Source: Chiloscyllium plagiosum (Eukaryota). From it: DNA of 34,053 nt. The DNA lies in the NCBI RefSeq assembly GCF_004010195.1, contig NC_057711.1, forward strand, positions 12,716,334 through 12,750,386, read 5' to 3'. Below, one piece after another: positions 10,435-21,999 of the stretch. The notes under the pieces were generated by a model. The model made no database searches. It had not been told where the DNA came from and was given only the letters and a program-made list of their open reading frames with translations. Position 1 is the first letter of the stretch. Each line of letters starts with the position of its first letter. The position numbers were made by a program, and so were the translations under genes.

Positions 10435-11070
10435 CTTACCTGTCCCCTACATCAAAGGCATCTCGGAAATGACTGCCAGACTGCTCAGACTCCTTAACAT
10501 CATGGTAACCCACAAACCCACCAACACACTAAAAACAGCAGCTAATGAACCTGAAAGACCTTATACAGACAACAAGCAAAACTAATGTCATTTACAAAAT
10601 ACTGTGCAAGAACTGTAACAAACACTACATTGGACAAACAGACAGAAAACTAGCCACCAGGATACATGAACATCAACTAGCCACAAAACAACATGACCCT
10701 CTCTCACTAGTATCCTTACAAACAGATAAGGAAGGACACCAATTTAACTGGGCCAACACATCCATCCTAGGACAAGCCAAACAGAGACATGCACGAGAAT
10801 TCTTAGAAGCATGGCATTCCAACCGGAACTCTGCCAACAAGCACATTCACTTGGATCCCATTTACCACCCCCTGAGAAAGAGAACAGGAAATGACATCAC
10901 CAACCCAAGGAAACCCAAACATATAATTAGAAAGCAGGAAACACCAGCAGTACTTCAGGCTCACTGAAGATGTTACCTAGTATGGTGATGAAACATCAGA
11001 AAATGAACCTTCCAGCTCAGTGAGCAAACCTACATCCGAAATCTCAACCTGAGCTACCGATCTTCTCAAA
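10435..11070 (+). mobile_element. Penelope-like retroelement 3' part (second family), GIY-YIG plus terminal repeat
   Basis: LPVPYIKGISE, NVIYKILCKNCNKHYIGQTDRKLATRIHEH, REFLEAWHS. Hammerhead-like CTGAAGA-tgttacc-tagtat-ggtgat-GAAAC at 10964-10997. Confidence 0.9.
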
Positions 11071-11075
11071 CTTAC

Positions 11076-11477
11076 CTGTTATTTTCAGGATGGTCCCAAG
11101 ATTGTTTTCTTTCATGTAAGCAGGTAATGCTGGGCGTTTGACTTCCACACGACAGAAATACTCGCTGGTGTCATCCAGCCTGGCTTCTTTTATCTCGACT
11201 GAAGCATTACCAATCCTGGGGTCTCCAACCAGTCTATACCGGTCATTAATATTCGTGTGAACCATATTTTCAAAATCCCCCTGACCCTTGGCTCTGTTTG
11301 TTGCGTTGAAGAGAACTGTCCCTGTATAAAACACCCCTATTTTCCAGATGACCGTGATCTCAAAGGTAGTGTAGCTGGCATAGGGGAACGTGAAATAGCA
11401 AGGCAGAACGACAGCACTTCCAACTGTTCCATGTACCCTCCTCGGTGCATTCACTGTCAACAGCTCTCTGTTACTTT
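11076..11477 (-). CDS. SIGLEC15: Siglec-15-like receptor, Ig V-set domain exon
   Basis: Acceptor ttttctgcag|AA, donor ACAG|gtaagt, 402 nt, phase 1-1. Encodes VVLPCYF..VIWK..DRYRLVGDPRIGNASVEIKEARLDDTSEYFCRVE, resembling the Siglec-15 D-F strands (RFRLLGNPR..D..YFCRVE). Orthologue versus paralogue is unresolved. Confidence 0.9.
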
Positions 11478-11604
11478 CTGCAGAAAATACAACAGACAGT
11501 GAGTCAATCAATTACATCACACAAATGACATTACTTCTGGTTTGGCATTCATCTGTGAGGGAGTCAAAGACATTAAAAAGTTCTAAACCTTGAAGAAGAG
11601 AGGG

Positions 11605-11850
11605 AACATAAAAAAAACAGGAAAAGTAGTAGGCCATTTGGCCCTTCGAGCCTGCTCCACCATTCAATATGATCATGGCTGATCACCCAACTCAGTCTCT
11701 TGTCCCTGCTTTCTCCCCATACCCATTAGATCCAAGAACTATATCTAACTCCTTCTTGAAAACGTTCAATGTTTTGCCCTCAATCTGTGGCAGTGAATTC
11801 CACAGGCTCACCACCTTCTGGGTGAAGACATTTCTCCTCATCTCGGTCCC
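11605..11850 (-). mobile_element. CR1-group LINE 3' end
   Basis: gtaggccatttggcccttcgagcctgctcc..atcatggctgatc is the reverse complement of the tail at about 19080-19140. Confidence 0.7.
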
Positions 11851-11859
11851 TGTCACCTA

Positions 11860-12730
11860 AGGGACATGGATAGAGGATTGGCTGACTGGCAGAAGGCAGA
11901 GTGTGGGGATAAAAGAGTCTCTGTCAGGATGGCAGCTGGTGACTAGTGGTGTTCAGCAGGGATCAGTGTTGGAACCACAGCTATTCATGTTATATATTAA
12001 CAATCTGGACAAAGGAACGGAGGGCATTGTTGCTAAGTTTGAGGATGACACAAAGCTAGGCGGAGGGTCAGGTAGTGTTGAAGAAGTAGGGCTTGGACAG
12101 CTGAGGAGAGCGAGCAAAGAAGTGGCAGATGGAAGACAATGTGGGAAAGTGTGAGGTTATGCATTTTGACGGAAGAATAAAGGCATAGACTGTTTTCTAA
12201 ATGGGGAAAGGCTTAGGAAATCTGAGGCACAAAGGGACTTGGGAGTCCCAGCTCAGGATTCTCTTCAGGTGAACATGCAGGTTCAGTCGGCAGTTAGGAA
12301 GGCGAATGCAGTGTTAGCATTCATATCAAGAGGGCTAGAATACAAGAGCAAAAATGTACTACTAAGTTTGCATAACACTCTGGTCAGACCGCATTTGGAA
12401 CGTTGTGAGCAGTTTTGGGCTTTGTATCTAGGGAAGGATGTGCTGCTATTAACAGGGGTCCAGAGGAGCTTTACGAGAATGATCCTGGGGTGATGTGCTT
12501 GACATATGAGGAGCAGTTGAGGACTCAGGGTTTGTACTCAATGGAGTGTAGAAAGATGATGGAGTCCCATTGAAACTTACAGAATACTGAGAGGCCTGGA
12601 TAGAGTGGTTGTGGAGAAGATGTTTCTGCTAGTAGGACAGACAAAGACTTGAAGGTAGAGAGTGAAGAGTTGACCCTTTAGAACTGAAATGAGGAGACAT
12701 TTCTTCAGCCAGAGGGTTACAAATCTGTGA
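11860..12730 (+). mobile_element. CR1 LINE RT fragment
   Basis: SGVQQGSVLEPQLFMLYINNLD..KFEDDTKLGG, LVRPHLE. Confidence 0.88.
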
Positions 12731-12894
12731 AACAAGATAAGTAGTTATTTAGGAGTCAGCAAGGACATGGTCCCTGCTGTCAGAGTTGTTCTGTGATTGT
12801 AAGAGCTGGCTGCTAGGCAGTCTCTTTCTGAGCTAATTATGATTGAGAAGTCCAGGAATCAATAGAAAAGACTATATTTTACATTACATTTTCA

Positions 12895-13160
12895 GTGAGT
12901 GTATATTGTACATAATTCTGGTCACCGCACTATGGGAAAGATGGGACTGCACTAAAGACAGTGCAGAGGAGATCCACCAGGATGTTGCCTACGCTGGAGA
13001 TTAGGTTGGACTGGGGCTGTTTTCCACAGACCAGAGAAGGCTGGGGGGTGGAGGTTGACCTGATTGAGGTGTACACAGTTCTGAGGGACATGGATAGGGA
13101 GAAATATTCCCTTTCAGCAGAGGAATCAGTAACCAGGGGGCACAGTTTTAAGGTAAGGAG
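12895..13160 (+). mobile_element. CR1 C-terminal fragment
   Basis: VQRRSTRMLP, DLIEVY, TRGHSFKV. Confidence 0.7.
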
Positions 13161-13174
13161 CAGTAACCCATGGG

Positions 13175-13460
13175 ACTGGGGAGTGGTGTTGTTGCTGGAC
13201 TGTTAATCCACACACTCAGATCATATTCTGGGTTCAATTCCTGCACAGACGATAGAATTTGAATTTTTAAAAAAAATCTGAAATTAAGAATCTCAATCCA
13301 ATGTCGATTGTCAGGAGAAATCCACCTGGTTCAGTAATGTCCTTTAGGAAAGGAAACTGTCACCTACATGTGACTCCAGACCCACAGCCAAGTGGTTGAC
13401 TCTTAACTGCCCTCTGGGGCAATAAGGGATGGGCAATAAATGCTGGCCCTCATCCCATGA
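13175..13460 (+). mobile_element. SINE with LINE-derived 3' tail
   Basis: ggttcaattcc B-box-like, tail gggcaataagggatgggcaataaatgctgg shared with the LINE end at about 16845-16900. An antisense relative lies at about 30150-30360. Confidence 0.55.
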
Positions 13461-15383
13461 ATAAGTAAAAATATAGGAGGTGGAGAGGGGTTTTGAGGGA
13501 AACATTTTTCACCCAGAGCGTGGTGGGTATTTGGGACCCACTGTCTGAAGGATCTTAAAGGATGGTAAGACATTAAAGAATTATTCAGATGTGCACTTGA
13601 AATGCCATAGCGCATAAGCAAAGAGCCAGGGGTCTTGTGGCACAGTGGCAATGTTCCTCCCTTTGTGCTAGGAGGCCCACGTTCAAATTCCACCTGCTCT
13701 GGCATATTGCCTGTGAACAGATTAGAAAATAATCTAATCAAGGGCCAAGGACCAAGTTCTGGAAACAGGGATTTGAACTGCTTGATGTTTGATGACCAGC
13801 ACAGGGTCACAATGGGCTGAAGGGCCATGCTGTGAAAACTCTATGACTTCCTTCATTGTAATTCAGCCACAGCCTCCTCCTGTCGGGCTGAGAGAGAATA
13901 TCTGGTCAATGGGAAGTAGCTGTCTGAGTTATAGTCTTGTGATATCACAACAGACTATACAATGCTCAAAGCATTTCACACACGATCGAAGCTTGGCACA
14001 TGCCCAGGATTTTGGCGGAACTTACAGAATTAAAAAAAAACCCAGAACATTTGAGAATATTTTTGGAATCCCATGAAATTAAAATGTTTCCGTGACCACA
14101 AAGTGTCGATCAATTTATGTAGGCGGGCTGGATCATGTTGAGGTTTCCCCAGCATCTCTCTGTGATCACAACGTGACTGTGAATCAGAGCCAGTTCTGGG
14201 ATCTCTCCCCAGGCCAGAGTGTCATGCTTCAGCCTCTCACCACCTGCTCTGTGTGTGTGCGTGTGTATANNNNNNNNNNNNNNNNNNNNNNNNNNNNNNN
14301 NNNNNNNNNNNNNNNNNNNNNNNNNNNNNNNNNNNNNNNNNNNNNNNNNNNNNNNNNNNNNNNNNNNNNNNNNNNNNNNNNNNNNNNNNNNNNNNNNNNN
14401 NNNNNNNNNNNNNNNNNNNNNNNNNNNNNNNNNNNNNGCCAGATAGCAAGGCCCCCTCTTGGGCACACAGTGGTCTGCAGCACAGCAAAAGGCCCATTGG
14501 CCCATCAAATCTGCCTGATAGGTGTGTTCTAAAGACTGAGCCTTGTCAGGATAGCAGGCCTGAGGAGGCTGGGATGATTTGAAATGTGGATTTCTTGTGT
14601 TTGTTCTGATGAGAAACTTCAGCAACATGCATCTCTTTTCAGAAATATATCCAATTATTTAATCTCCAGCACTCCCCTTCTAATTCCCCCTCCTGAACTC
14701 TTTGCTAATTATCAATGTTCTCTCGTTAAGGAGCCAGTGGGATTATGCCACTCTATTCAGCCCATACAAAACCCTCATCTTTGTGGACCCTTGTGTTAAA
14801 TCTCACAATAAACTCCTCAGGTCAAAGAAGAACAACTCTCACTGTAACCCCCACCCCTGAGCTGTCCCAGTCCAGCTTCCGCCCAGGTTCAATTCCACCC
14901 CCCCACCCCTTTTACCTCCTCCAAAGCAAGGTTGAAGATGTTCCATCAAGTCCAAGGCTGACACTCTTTCATGCCAGGGTGCTGGGTCCTGAGGTGAGTG
15001 AACAGCCCAATACTGAATCCCCATGCCCTGCCACAGGTTGGGATCCATAAAAACTGAAGCAGCCCATTCAGCCTGCCTCAGCATTCCACACATTCATGGC
15101 TGATCAAACACTTCAGTGCCTTTTACCAACCCCATCCCCATAACCCTGTACTCCACTGGTAATCTGAAACCTTAAACATATAACTGATCCTCCACAGTCC
15201 TCTAAATACCAAAGGTTCCCAACTTTCTGAGTGAAATAATTGCCCTCATCTCCGGCCTAAATGGCCCCTCCTTTATTTTTAAACTGTGCTCCCTGGTCGG
15301 AGACTCCCCTACTGGCGTCAACTCTGTCTGTCCCTTTAGGTATGAAATGAGATCAGATTGTATTTTTCAATGTCTAGAGAATA

Positions 15384-15685
15384 CGGCGGCATGGCGGCTC
15401 AGTGGTTAGCACTGATGCTTCACAGCACCAGGGTCCCAGGTTCGATTCCAGCCTCGGGCAACTGTCTGTGTGGAGTTTGCACATTCTCCCCGCGTCTGCG
15501 TGGGTTTCCTCCGGATGCTCCGGTTTCCTCCCACAGTGCAAAGATGTGCAGGCCAGGTGAATTGCTCATTGTGTTAGGTGCATTAGTCAGAGGGAAATGG
15601 ATCTGGGTGGGTTACTCATCGGAGGGTCAGTGTGGAATTGTTGGGCCGAAGGGCCTGTTCCCACACTGTACGGAACCTAATCTAA
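15384..15685 (+). mobile_element. HE1-type tRNA-derived V-SINE, near full length
   Basis: A box tggcggctcagtgg, B box ggttcgattcc, V-domain tgtggagtttgcacattctccccg..cctcccacagt, CR1-like tail. Inserted in an older minus-strand CR1 fragment (about 15050-15740). Confidence 0.88.
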
Positions 15686-15754
15686 TACTGGCCCAGTTTG
15701 CTCAATCTCTCTTCATTGACTGTCCCACCATCCCAGAGATGTGATATAGATCCT

Positions 15755-16330
15755 GGAATCATACAGCATGGAAACAGACCCTTCGGTCCATGCTGACCAT
15801 AATCCCAAACTAAACTAGTCTCACTTGCTTGTGCTTGGCCCATATCCCTCCAAACATTTCTTATTCATGAACTTATCTAAATATCTTTCAAACAATGTAA
15901 CTGTGCCCACATCCACCACTTCCTCTGGAAGTTAATTCCACACACGAACCACTCTCTGTGTAAAACAATTTCCCCTTGTGCCTTTTTCAAAGCTTTCTCC
16001 TCTTACCTTAAAAATATATTCGTGGTCTTGAAAACCCATACCCTAGGGAAAAGACACCTTCCGGTCATCTTATTTATACCCCTCATAATTTTATAAACCG
16101 AAAGAAGTCCCAGCCTATCCAGCCTCTCCTTATAACTCAAACCCTCCATTCCCTGTCCTGAAGCCTCTCCAGCTTAATAATATTCCTCTTATAAGAGAGC
16201 ATCCAGAACTGGACGCAGTATACAGTATTCCAGAAGAGGCCTCACCAACGTCCTGTACAACCTCAACATGATCGACACTCAAAAGCATGAGCAATAAAGA
16301 CAAGTATGCTCAACACCTTCTTAACCAGGA
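15755..16330 (-). mobile_element. CR1 3' fragment
   Basis: catacagcatggaaacagacc..tccaccacttcctctgg, similar to 6620-6900. Confidence 0.8.
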
Positions 16331-16519
16331 AAAAGTGATGAAGGGCTGATTGAGGGCTCCTGTCGAAGGGCTTATGCCGGATATGTTGATTTTCCTGCTG
16401 TTCGGATGCTGCCTGACCTGCTGAACTTTTCCAGCAACACACTCTCTGGTCTACAATACTGCTCAAGGCCCTACTTTAAATTGTATAAGTCACGTGTGTG
16501 GATGTTTGCCAAAGCTGAC

Positions 16520-16905
16520 ACCCACTCCCTCTGTCTCCAGCGCTCAGCAGAAGCAGTGTGTACCATCTATAAGATGCACTGCGGAAATTTACCAAAACTC
16601 CTTAAAGAGCACCTTCCAAACCCACAGCCACTTCCATCCAGAAGGTCAAGACCAGCTGATACATGAACACCATCCCCTGCAAGTTCCCCTCCAAACCACT
16701 CACAATCCTGACTGGAAATGTATCACTGTTCCTTCAGTGTCGCTGGAGCAAAATCCTGGAATTCCCTCCCTAAGGGCATTGTGGGACAACTCACAGCAGG
16801 TGGACTGCAGCGGTTCCAGAAGGCAGCTCACCCCCACCTTCTCAAGGGCAACTAGGGACGGACAATGAATGCGGGCTCAGCCAGTGATGCCCACGTCTCC
16901 CAAGT
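16520..16905 (+). mobile_element. CR1/L2-group LINE 3' end
   Basis: gcagtgtgtaccatctataagatgcactgc..caaaatcctggaattccctccc..gggcaactaggg. Confidence 0.7.
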
Positions 16906-16919
16906 ATATAGAAATATAA

Positions 16920-17145
16920 GGAGGTGAGTGGGATGCTTGGGTTCTTTTACACACTCTTTCAGATCTTTATGCTGGACACCCACCAGGGCTCTGTCAGAGA
17001 TGGTCATGATGCTTGGCACCTTGGTGGATGTTTACGCAGAGTAAGTAAGAGACTCCCATTGGTTGATGGGAATGTTGCAGATTTTCAGTGATGCTTTGAG
17101 GACGTACCTAATGGGTTTTCTCTGTCCTCTTGATGTGCCCGTGCT
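16920..17145 (-). mobile_element. Old RTE-clade LINE C-terminal remnant
   Basis: Minus translation RGQRKPIRYVLKASLKICNIPINQWESL resembles the RTE GGQxKRxKDxLKxSLK..WExLA motif. Confidence 0.55.
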
Positions 17146-17399
17146 AAAGCCTTGGGCAAGTTGGCTGTTCAGTCAAGCCTGTTGCCAAAGTAACTTCACC
17201 TGATGTGACTGAAATTTCCAACCAGGAGGGAAATGGTACCTGGGGGGAAACCAGTGAAATAATTGGACATTGCAGATGTGATAGGGAGGAAGTCAAAGAG
17301 GGATGTGGTCCAGGGCAAATAAACAGACCTGCACGCAAACACGGGGACATAGTCATAAAGGGTTGTGTGGGAGATGGAAAGGGGAGTGTTGAGTGAGTC

Positions 17400-18015
17400 A
17401 TAGAATCATATGATCCCTACAGTGTGGAGTCAGGCCAATCGGCCCATCGGGTCTACATTGACTCTCCAAAGAGCATCCCAAACAAACCCACCCTATCCCC
17501 ATGATCCTGCATTTCCCATGGCTACTCCACTGAGCTTAAACATCATTGGACACTAAGAGGCAATTTCCCATGGCCAATCCACCTAATCTGCACATCTTTG
17601 GACTGTGGGAGGAAACTCAGGCAGACACAGGGAGAATGTGCAAACTCCAAACAGACAGTCATCCAAGGTTGGAATTGAGCCCGGGTCCCTGCCACTGTGA
17701 GGCAGGCCTGTGTGCAAGCAGGCCATTCAGCCCATCGAGGCCATACCAACGTTCTGAAGGAAATCCCAACCAAACCCACTCCCTCACCGTATCTCTGTGG
17801 CTGTGCAGTTCCCATGGCTAATCCAACTAGCCTGCACATCCCTGGACACTGGGCAATTTCCCATGGCCAATCCACCTAACCTGCATATCTTTGGATTGTG
17901 GGAGGAAAATGGAGCACCCAGTGAAAAGTATTTGCAAGCTCCACACAGACAGCTGCCTGAGGGTGGAATTGAACCCGGGTCCCTGGCGCTGTGAGACAGC
18001 AGCCTGAGCCACACT
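17400..18015 (-). mobile_element. Two adjacent HE1-type SINEs
   Basis: Twice: gcaatttcccatggccaatccacctaa..ctgcacatctttggactgtgggaggaaa..ggaattga(g/a)cccgggtccctg. Confidence 0.8.
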
Positions 18016-18029
18016 CTCAGACAGCACAT

Positions 18030-19150
18030 TCCAGACCTCCATCAGGCAGACGCAGCATGGATTCAGGAAACAAAGGTCCTGTTTGACAAACTTACTGGAG
18101 TTCTTTTGAGGATGTAACAAGCGCAGTGGAGGGAGGGGGACTTGTATACTTGGTGGATGTTGTATACTTGGATTTTCAGAAGGTGTTCGATAAGGTGCCG
18201 CATAAAAGACTCATCCATAAGATAAGAATGTATAGAGCTGCAGGGAATGTACTAGCCTGGATAGAGGACTGAGTTAACCAATAGAAAGCAGAGCATTGGG
18301 ATAAATGAGTGTTTCTCTGGTTGGAGATCAGTGGTGAGCAGGGTGCTGCAGGGATCAGTGTTGGGCCCACAACTGTTCATGATATATATAAATGATTTGG
18401 AACATGAGACCGAGTGTAACGTATCCAAGTTTGCTGATGACACCAACTTGAGTGGAAAGGCAAACTGTGCAGAGGATGTGGAGGGTCTGCAGACAGATTT
18501 AGATAGGTTAAGTGAGCAGGTAAGGGTCTGGTAGATGGAATACAGTGTTGGTAAATGTGAGGTTATCCACTTTGGAAGTAAAAATAGTCGGTCAGAGTAT
18601 TGTTTAAATGGTGAAAGATTGCAGCATGCTGTTGTGCAGAGGGACTTAGGAGAGCTTGTACAGGAATTGCAAAAGTTGATTTGCCGCTGCAACAGGTAAT
18701 CAGGAAGGCAAATGGAATATTGGCTTTCATTGCTAGAGGGATTGAGTTTAGAATTTAGAAGAATGAGAGGGCATCTCATAGAAACACATAAAATCATGAA
18801 AGGGATAGATAAGAGAGAGACAGGCAAGTTGTTTCTGTTAGTGGGTGAGACTAGGACTAGGGGACATGGCCTCAAGATTAAAGGGAATAGATTTAGAACA
18901 GATATGAGGAGGATCTGCTTTTCCCAGAGAGTAGGGAATCTATGGAATTCTCTAGTTAAGGAAGTAGTAGAGGCAGCTTGATTAAATATATTCAAGACAC
19001 AATTGGATAGGTTTTGCATGGTTGGGGAATTAAGAGTTATGGGGATAATGCAGGTAGGAGGAGCTGAGACAATGGATATATCAGCCATGATCTTAATGAG
19101 TGGCAGACCAGGCTTGATGGGCCAAATGGCCTACACCTGCTTCTATTACT
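18030..19150 (+). mobile_element. CR1 LINE RT to 3' end, internally deleted
   Basis: QGSVLGPQLFMIYINDL..SKFADDTNL, TRGHGLKI, GNLWNSL. Confidence 0.9.
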
Positions 19151-19323
19151 ATGAAGATATTTCTTCTCATTTCCTCTATCTGGTCCCCTCAGGACCCCTC
19201 ATGATATTGGACTTCAATTAGAACTCCTTTCAGCCTTCTCTCTCCAATCCCAAACTTCTCTAATTTAACCTCATCCCTGAAAATCCTCATGTCTGGAACT
19301 CTCCTACCAACGGTGAAAAGACT

Positions 19324-19354
19324 GGGGTGGGGCGGGGCGGGGCGGGGCTGGGCG
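19324..19354 (+). repeat. (GGGGC)n GC-box / G-quadruplex-capable tract in intron 1
   Basis: ggggtggggcggggcggggcggggctgggcgg. Confidence 0.7.
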
Positions 19355-19709
19355 GAATGGAATATTTTCTGGAGGCTTTCATTCTTGATCTACACAGCAG
19401 CTGAGTAAACCAAACAAAACTTCAGAAAAAACAAAAACCATCTGCGGATGCTGAAAATCCAAAGCAATGACAGAAATTGCCGGGAAAACTCAGCATCTGT
19501 GGCAAAGACTCTTGTTCAGAACTACACTTACCTCTGCTCTTTTTTTGCTGAGTTCTCCCAGCAATTTCTGTTTTTTTTATATTTCAAACCTCCTCCCATA
19601 TTGTCCATTTAGGAAGGAGAAACATATTGGGTTGAAAACATTCACTCTCTCGCGCTCTCCTAGAGAGGCTGCTGCTCCTCCCCAATGTGTGCAGAACATT
19701 CTCACATAT

Positions 19710-20270
19710 TTTATTGCTTGACCCAGGGTCAAGCAATAACCATCTCCACCAAGAGTGAAGCCATTGATTTCCCCTTGGCAATCAATGGTGTTTTCATCAT
19801 TGAATTCCCCACTGTCAATATCCTGGGGGTTACCATTGAGCAGAAACTCAACTGGAAATATAAATATGTGGCTACACGAGGAATACTGCGGCGAATAATT
19901 CACCTCCTGACACCTGGATGCCTGTCCACCATCTACAAGGCACAAGTCAGGAGTGTGATGGGTGCCACTTGCCTGGATGGTTGCAGCCCCAGCAACATTG
20001 AAGAAGCTCAACACCAGCCAGAACAAAGAAGCCCAGCTTATTGGCACGACATCCACAAACACCCAGTCCCTCCCCCACCACCAGTAGTGTGAACCAACTA
20101 CAAGGTGCAGTACAGAAATTTACCGAAGACCCCAAGACAGCACCTTCCAAACCCACGATCATTTCCATTTGAAGGAGAAGGGCAGAAGGTACATGGGAAC
20201 ACCACCACCTTCAAGTTCCCCTCCGAACCACTCACCATCCTGACTTGGAAATATATCACCCTTCCTTCAG
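19710..20270 (+). mobile_element. CR1/L2-group LINE fragment
   Basis: NILGVTIEQKLNW, LSTIYKAQVRSVM. Confidence 0.75.
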
Positions 20271-20289
20271 TCACAGAGTCATAGAGATT

Positions 20290-20840
20290 TACAGGACATT
20301 GGTGAGGCCACTTTTGCAGCACTGCGTTCAATTCTCATCTCCCTGCTATAGGAAAGATGTTGTGAAACTTGAAAGGGTTCAGAAATGATTTACAAGGATG
20401 TTGCCAGGGTTGGAGGGTTTGAGCTACAGGGAGAGGCTGAATAAGCTGGGGCTCTTTTCCCTGGAGCGTCGGAGGCTGAGGGGTGACCTTAGAGAGGTTT
20501 ACAAAATCATGAGGGCATGGATAGCCAATGTCTTTTTTCCCCAGGGTAGTGGAGTCCAAAATCAGAGGCCATATGTTTAAGGTGAGAGGGGAAAGATTTA
20601 AAAGGGACCTAAGGGGCAACATTTTCACACAGAGTGGGGTGTGTGTATGGAATGAGCTGTCAGAAGAAGGAGGCTGGTACAATTCCATAATTTAAAAGGT
20701 GATAAGTGTATATGATGAGGAAGGGTTTAGAGGAATATAGGCCAAGTACTGGCAAATGGGACGAGATTAATTTAGGATGGTAGGCATAGGTGAGTTGGAC
20801 TGAAGGGTCTGTTTCTATGCTGTACATCTCTATGACTCTC
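20290..20840 (+). mobile_element. CR1 3' fragment
   Basis: MLPGLEGLSYRERLNKLGLFSLERRRLRGDL, tail ctctatgactct. Confidence 0.88.
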
Positions 20841-21154
20841 ATTCCGAGGTCTGCAGACTGACATCAAGAATGCAGTTTCAGTTCCAGCACTGGCTGAGGT
20901 TATCATGAGGGTGCCACATTCTCAGCCCTCACCCTAAGCGAGGTGACCCTCAGGATAAACTCACCGCCAGTCCACCTCTCTCTCTGTCTCTCTCTCAGGC
21001 CTGTGGGGCTATGGACACACAAACACACAGTGGTTCAAGAAGGCAGCCCCAACACTTTCCCATGGACAATTAGGAATGGCCCATAAATGCTGGCCGACCC
21101 AGTGACCCCCCTACCTGCCATGAATGAGTAAAGGAGGCAATACTGGTTACATAC

Positions 21155-21206
21155 CCGCGATCGGCAGCAGCAGCAGGAGAGATAGCAGCAAATGAAGTGT
21201 TTTCAT
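21155..21206 (-). CDS. SIGLEC15: Siglec-15-like receptor, coding exon 1 (signal peptide MKTLHLLLSLLLLLPIA)
   Basis: Minus strand reads gaccATG AAA ACA CTT CAT TTG CTG CTA TCT CTC CTG CTG CTG CTG CCG ATC GCG G|gtatgt: good Kozak context, basic n-region plus Leu-rich h-region, 52 nt, phase-1 donor that joins in frame to the V exon. Too short for the ORF track. Confidence 0.85.
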
Positions 21207-21269
21207 GGTCACCCAGCGCTCGGATACAGAAAGATCTCTCTCTCTTCTCTCTCTCCCTTAGTAGTGTAC

Positions 21270-21415
21270 TCAAAGCAGGAAGTCCCGGTGCTGCAGCTTC
21301 CTGCTGCACAGAGAAAACCGAAAGCAGAAATTTTTGCTAAGAGTCTCCTCGACAGGATGGAAAGTCCCTCCTTAATCATATGAGGCAGCGCCGGCGGCGG
21401 GGAAAATTCCTTTAA
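21270..21415 (-). promoter_or_regulatory. Proximal promoter motif cluster: ETS, IRF-E, NF-kB
   Basis: CAGGAAGT 21276-21283, CTTCCTG 21297-21303, GAAAACCGAAAGC 21313-21325 (IRF-E consensus), GGAAAGTCCC 21359-21368 (= GGGACTTTCC on minus), GGGGAAAATTCC 21399-21410. All lie 70-205 bp upstream of the ATG in non-repeat, locally CpG-containing DNA. Confidence 0.7.
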
Positions 21416-21999
21416 TGCGGTGCAGTACAGAGGGAGGCCTGTGTACATTTACCGAACACAGACTCCCCCCCCCCCCCCCCAGTTACCGGGACACTTCACC
21501 TCAACCTGAGACTGCCCTGTAACTCATCCAGCAATGTGTCACATCACTAACTCCTCCAGACAGGATGAACCTGCTCCAGGCTGGCTTGCTGGTGTTTCCA
21601 TTTAAAGAAAAACATCATTCAGCCTTTGTCCTGAAATGAATTGTAACTGGAAAGGATTCAATTTCCTCTGAGTTGGAACAAGCCGCTGTCAAGTTATTTT
21701 CTGGTGACTGAATTCTTAGCCTTTCGACAAATTTTATGAGCACCATGCCTATCACAGGTTGACCCCAATGAGAAACAGGAGTAGGCCACTCCGCCTGCTG
21801 TGCCATTCAGTATTATCATGGCTGATCATCCAATTCAGTTCCTGCTTTCTCCTCCCCTAGCCTTTGATCCCTTTAGCCTCAAGGGCTATAACACTCACCT
21901 GCCCTGAGGTGCCAGCACATCGACTTAATGTATACGTAAAATAACCTGGCTCAGAAGGCCAGAGTTCAAATCTCACTCGACTTAAAGGTGTCTCAGAAG

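Noticed and set aside
11535-11552. Possible 18-nt micro-exon before the V exon
   Set aside because: It leaves a downstream intron of about 57 nt with a weak donor, and the leader already joins the V exon in frame.
11605-12730. Twin-priming-like 5' inversion of a single CR1
   Set aside because: The roughly 55-bp overlapping segments differ at many positions and no TSD was found. Two independent insertions are equally likely.
15384-15460. tRNA-like A/B boxes
   Set aside because: This is the head of an HE1-type SINE, followed by V-domain and LINE tail, not a tRNA gene.
18252-19088. 278-aa minus-strand ORF, the longest in the track
   Set aside because: It is the antisense of a CR1 RT fragment.
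19520-19540. Strong minus-strand donor cagag|gtaagt in intron 1
   Set aside because: It lies in a decayed inverted-repeat element with no matching acceptor upstream.
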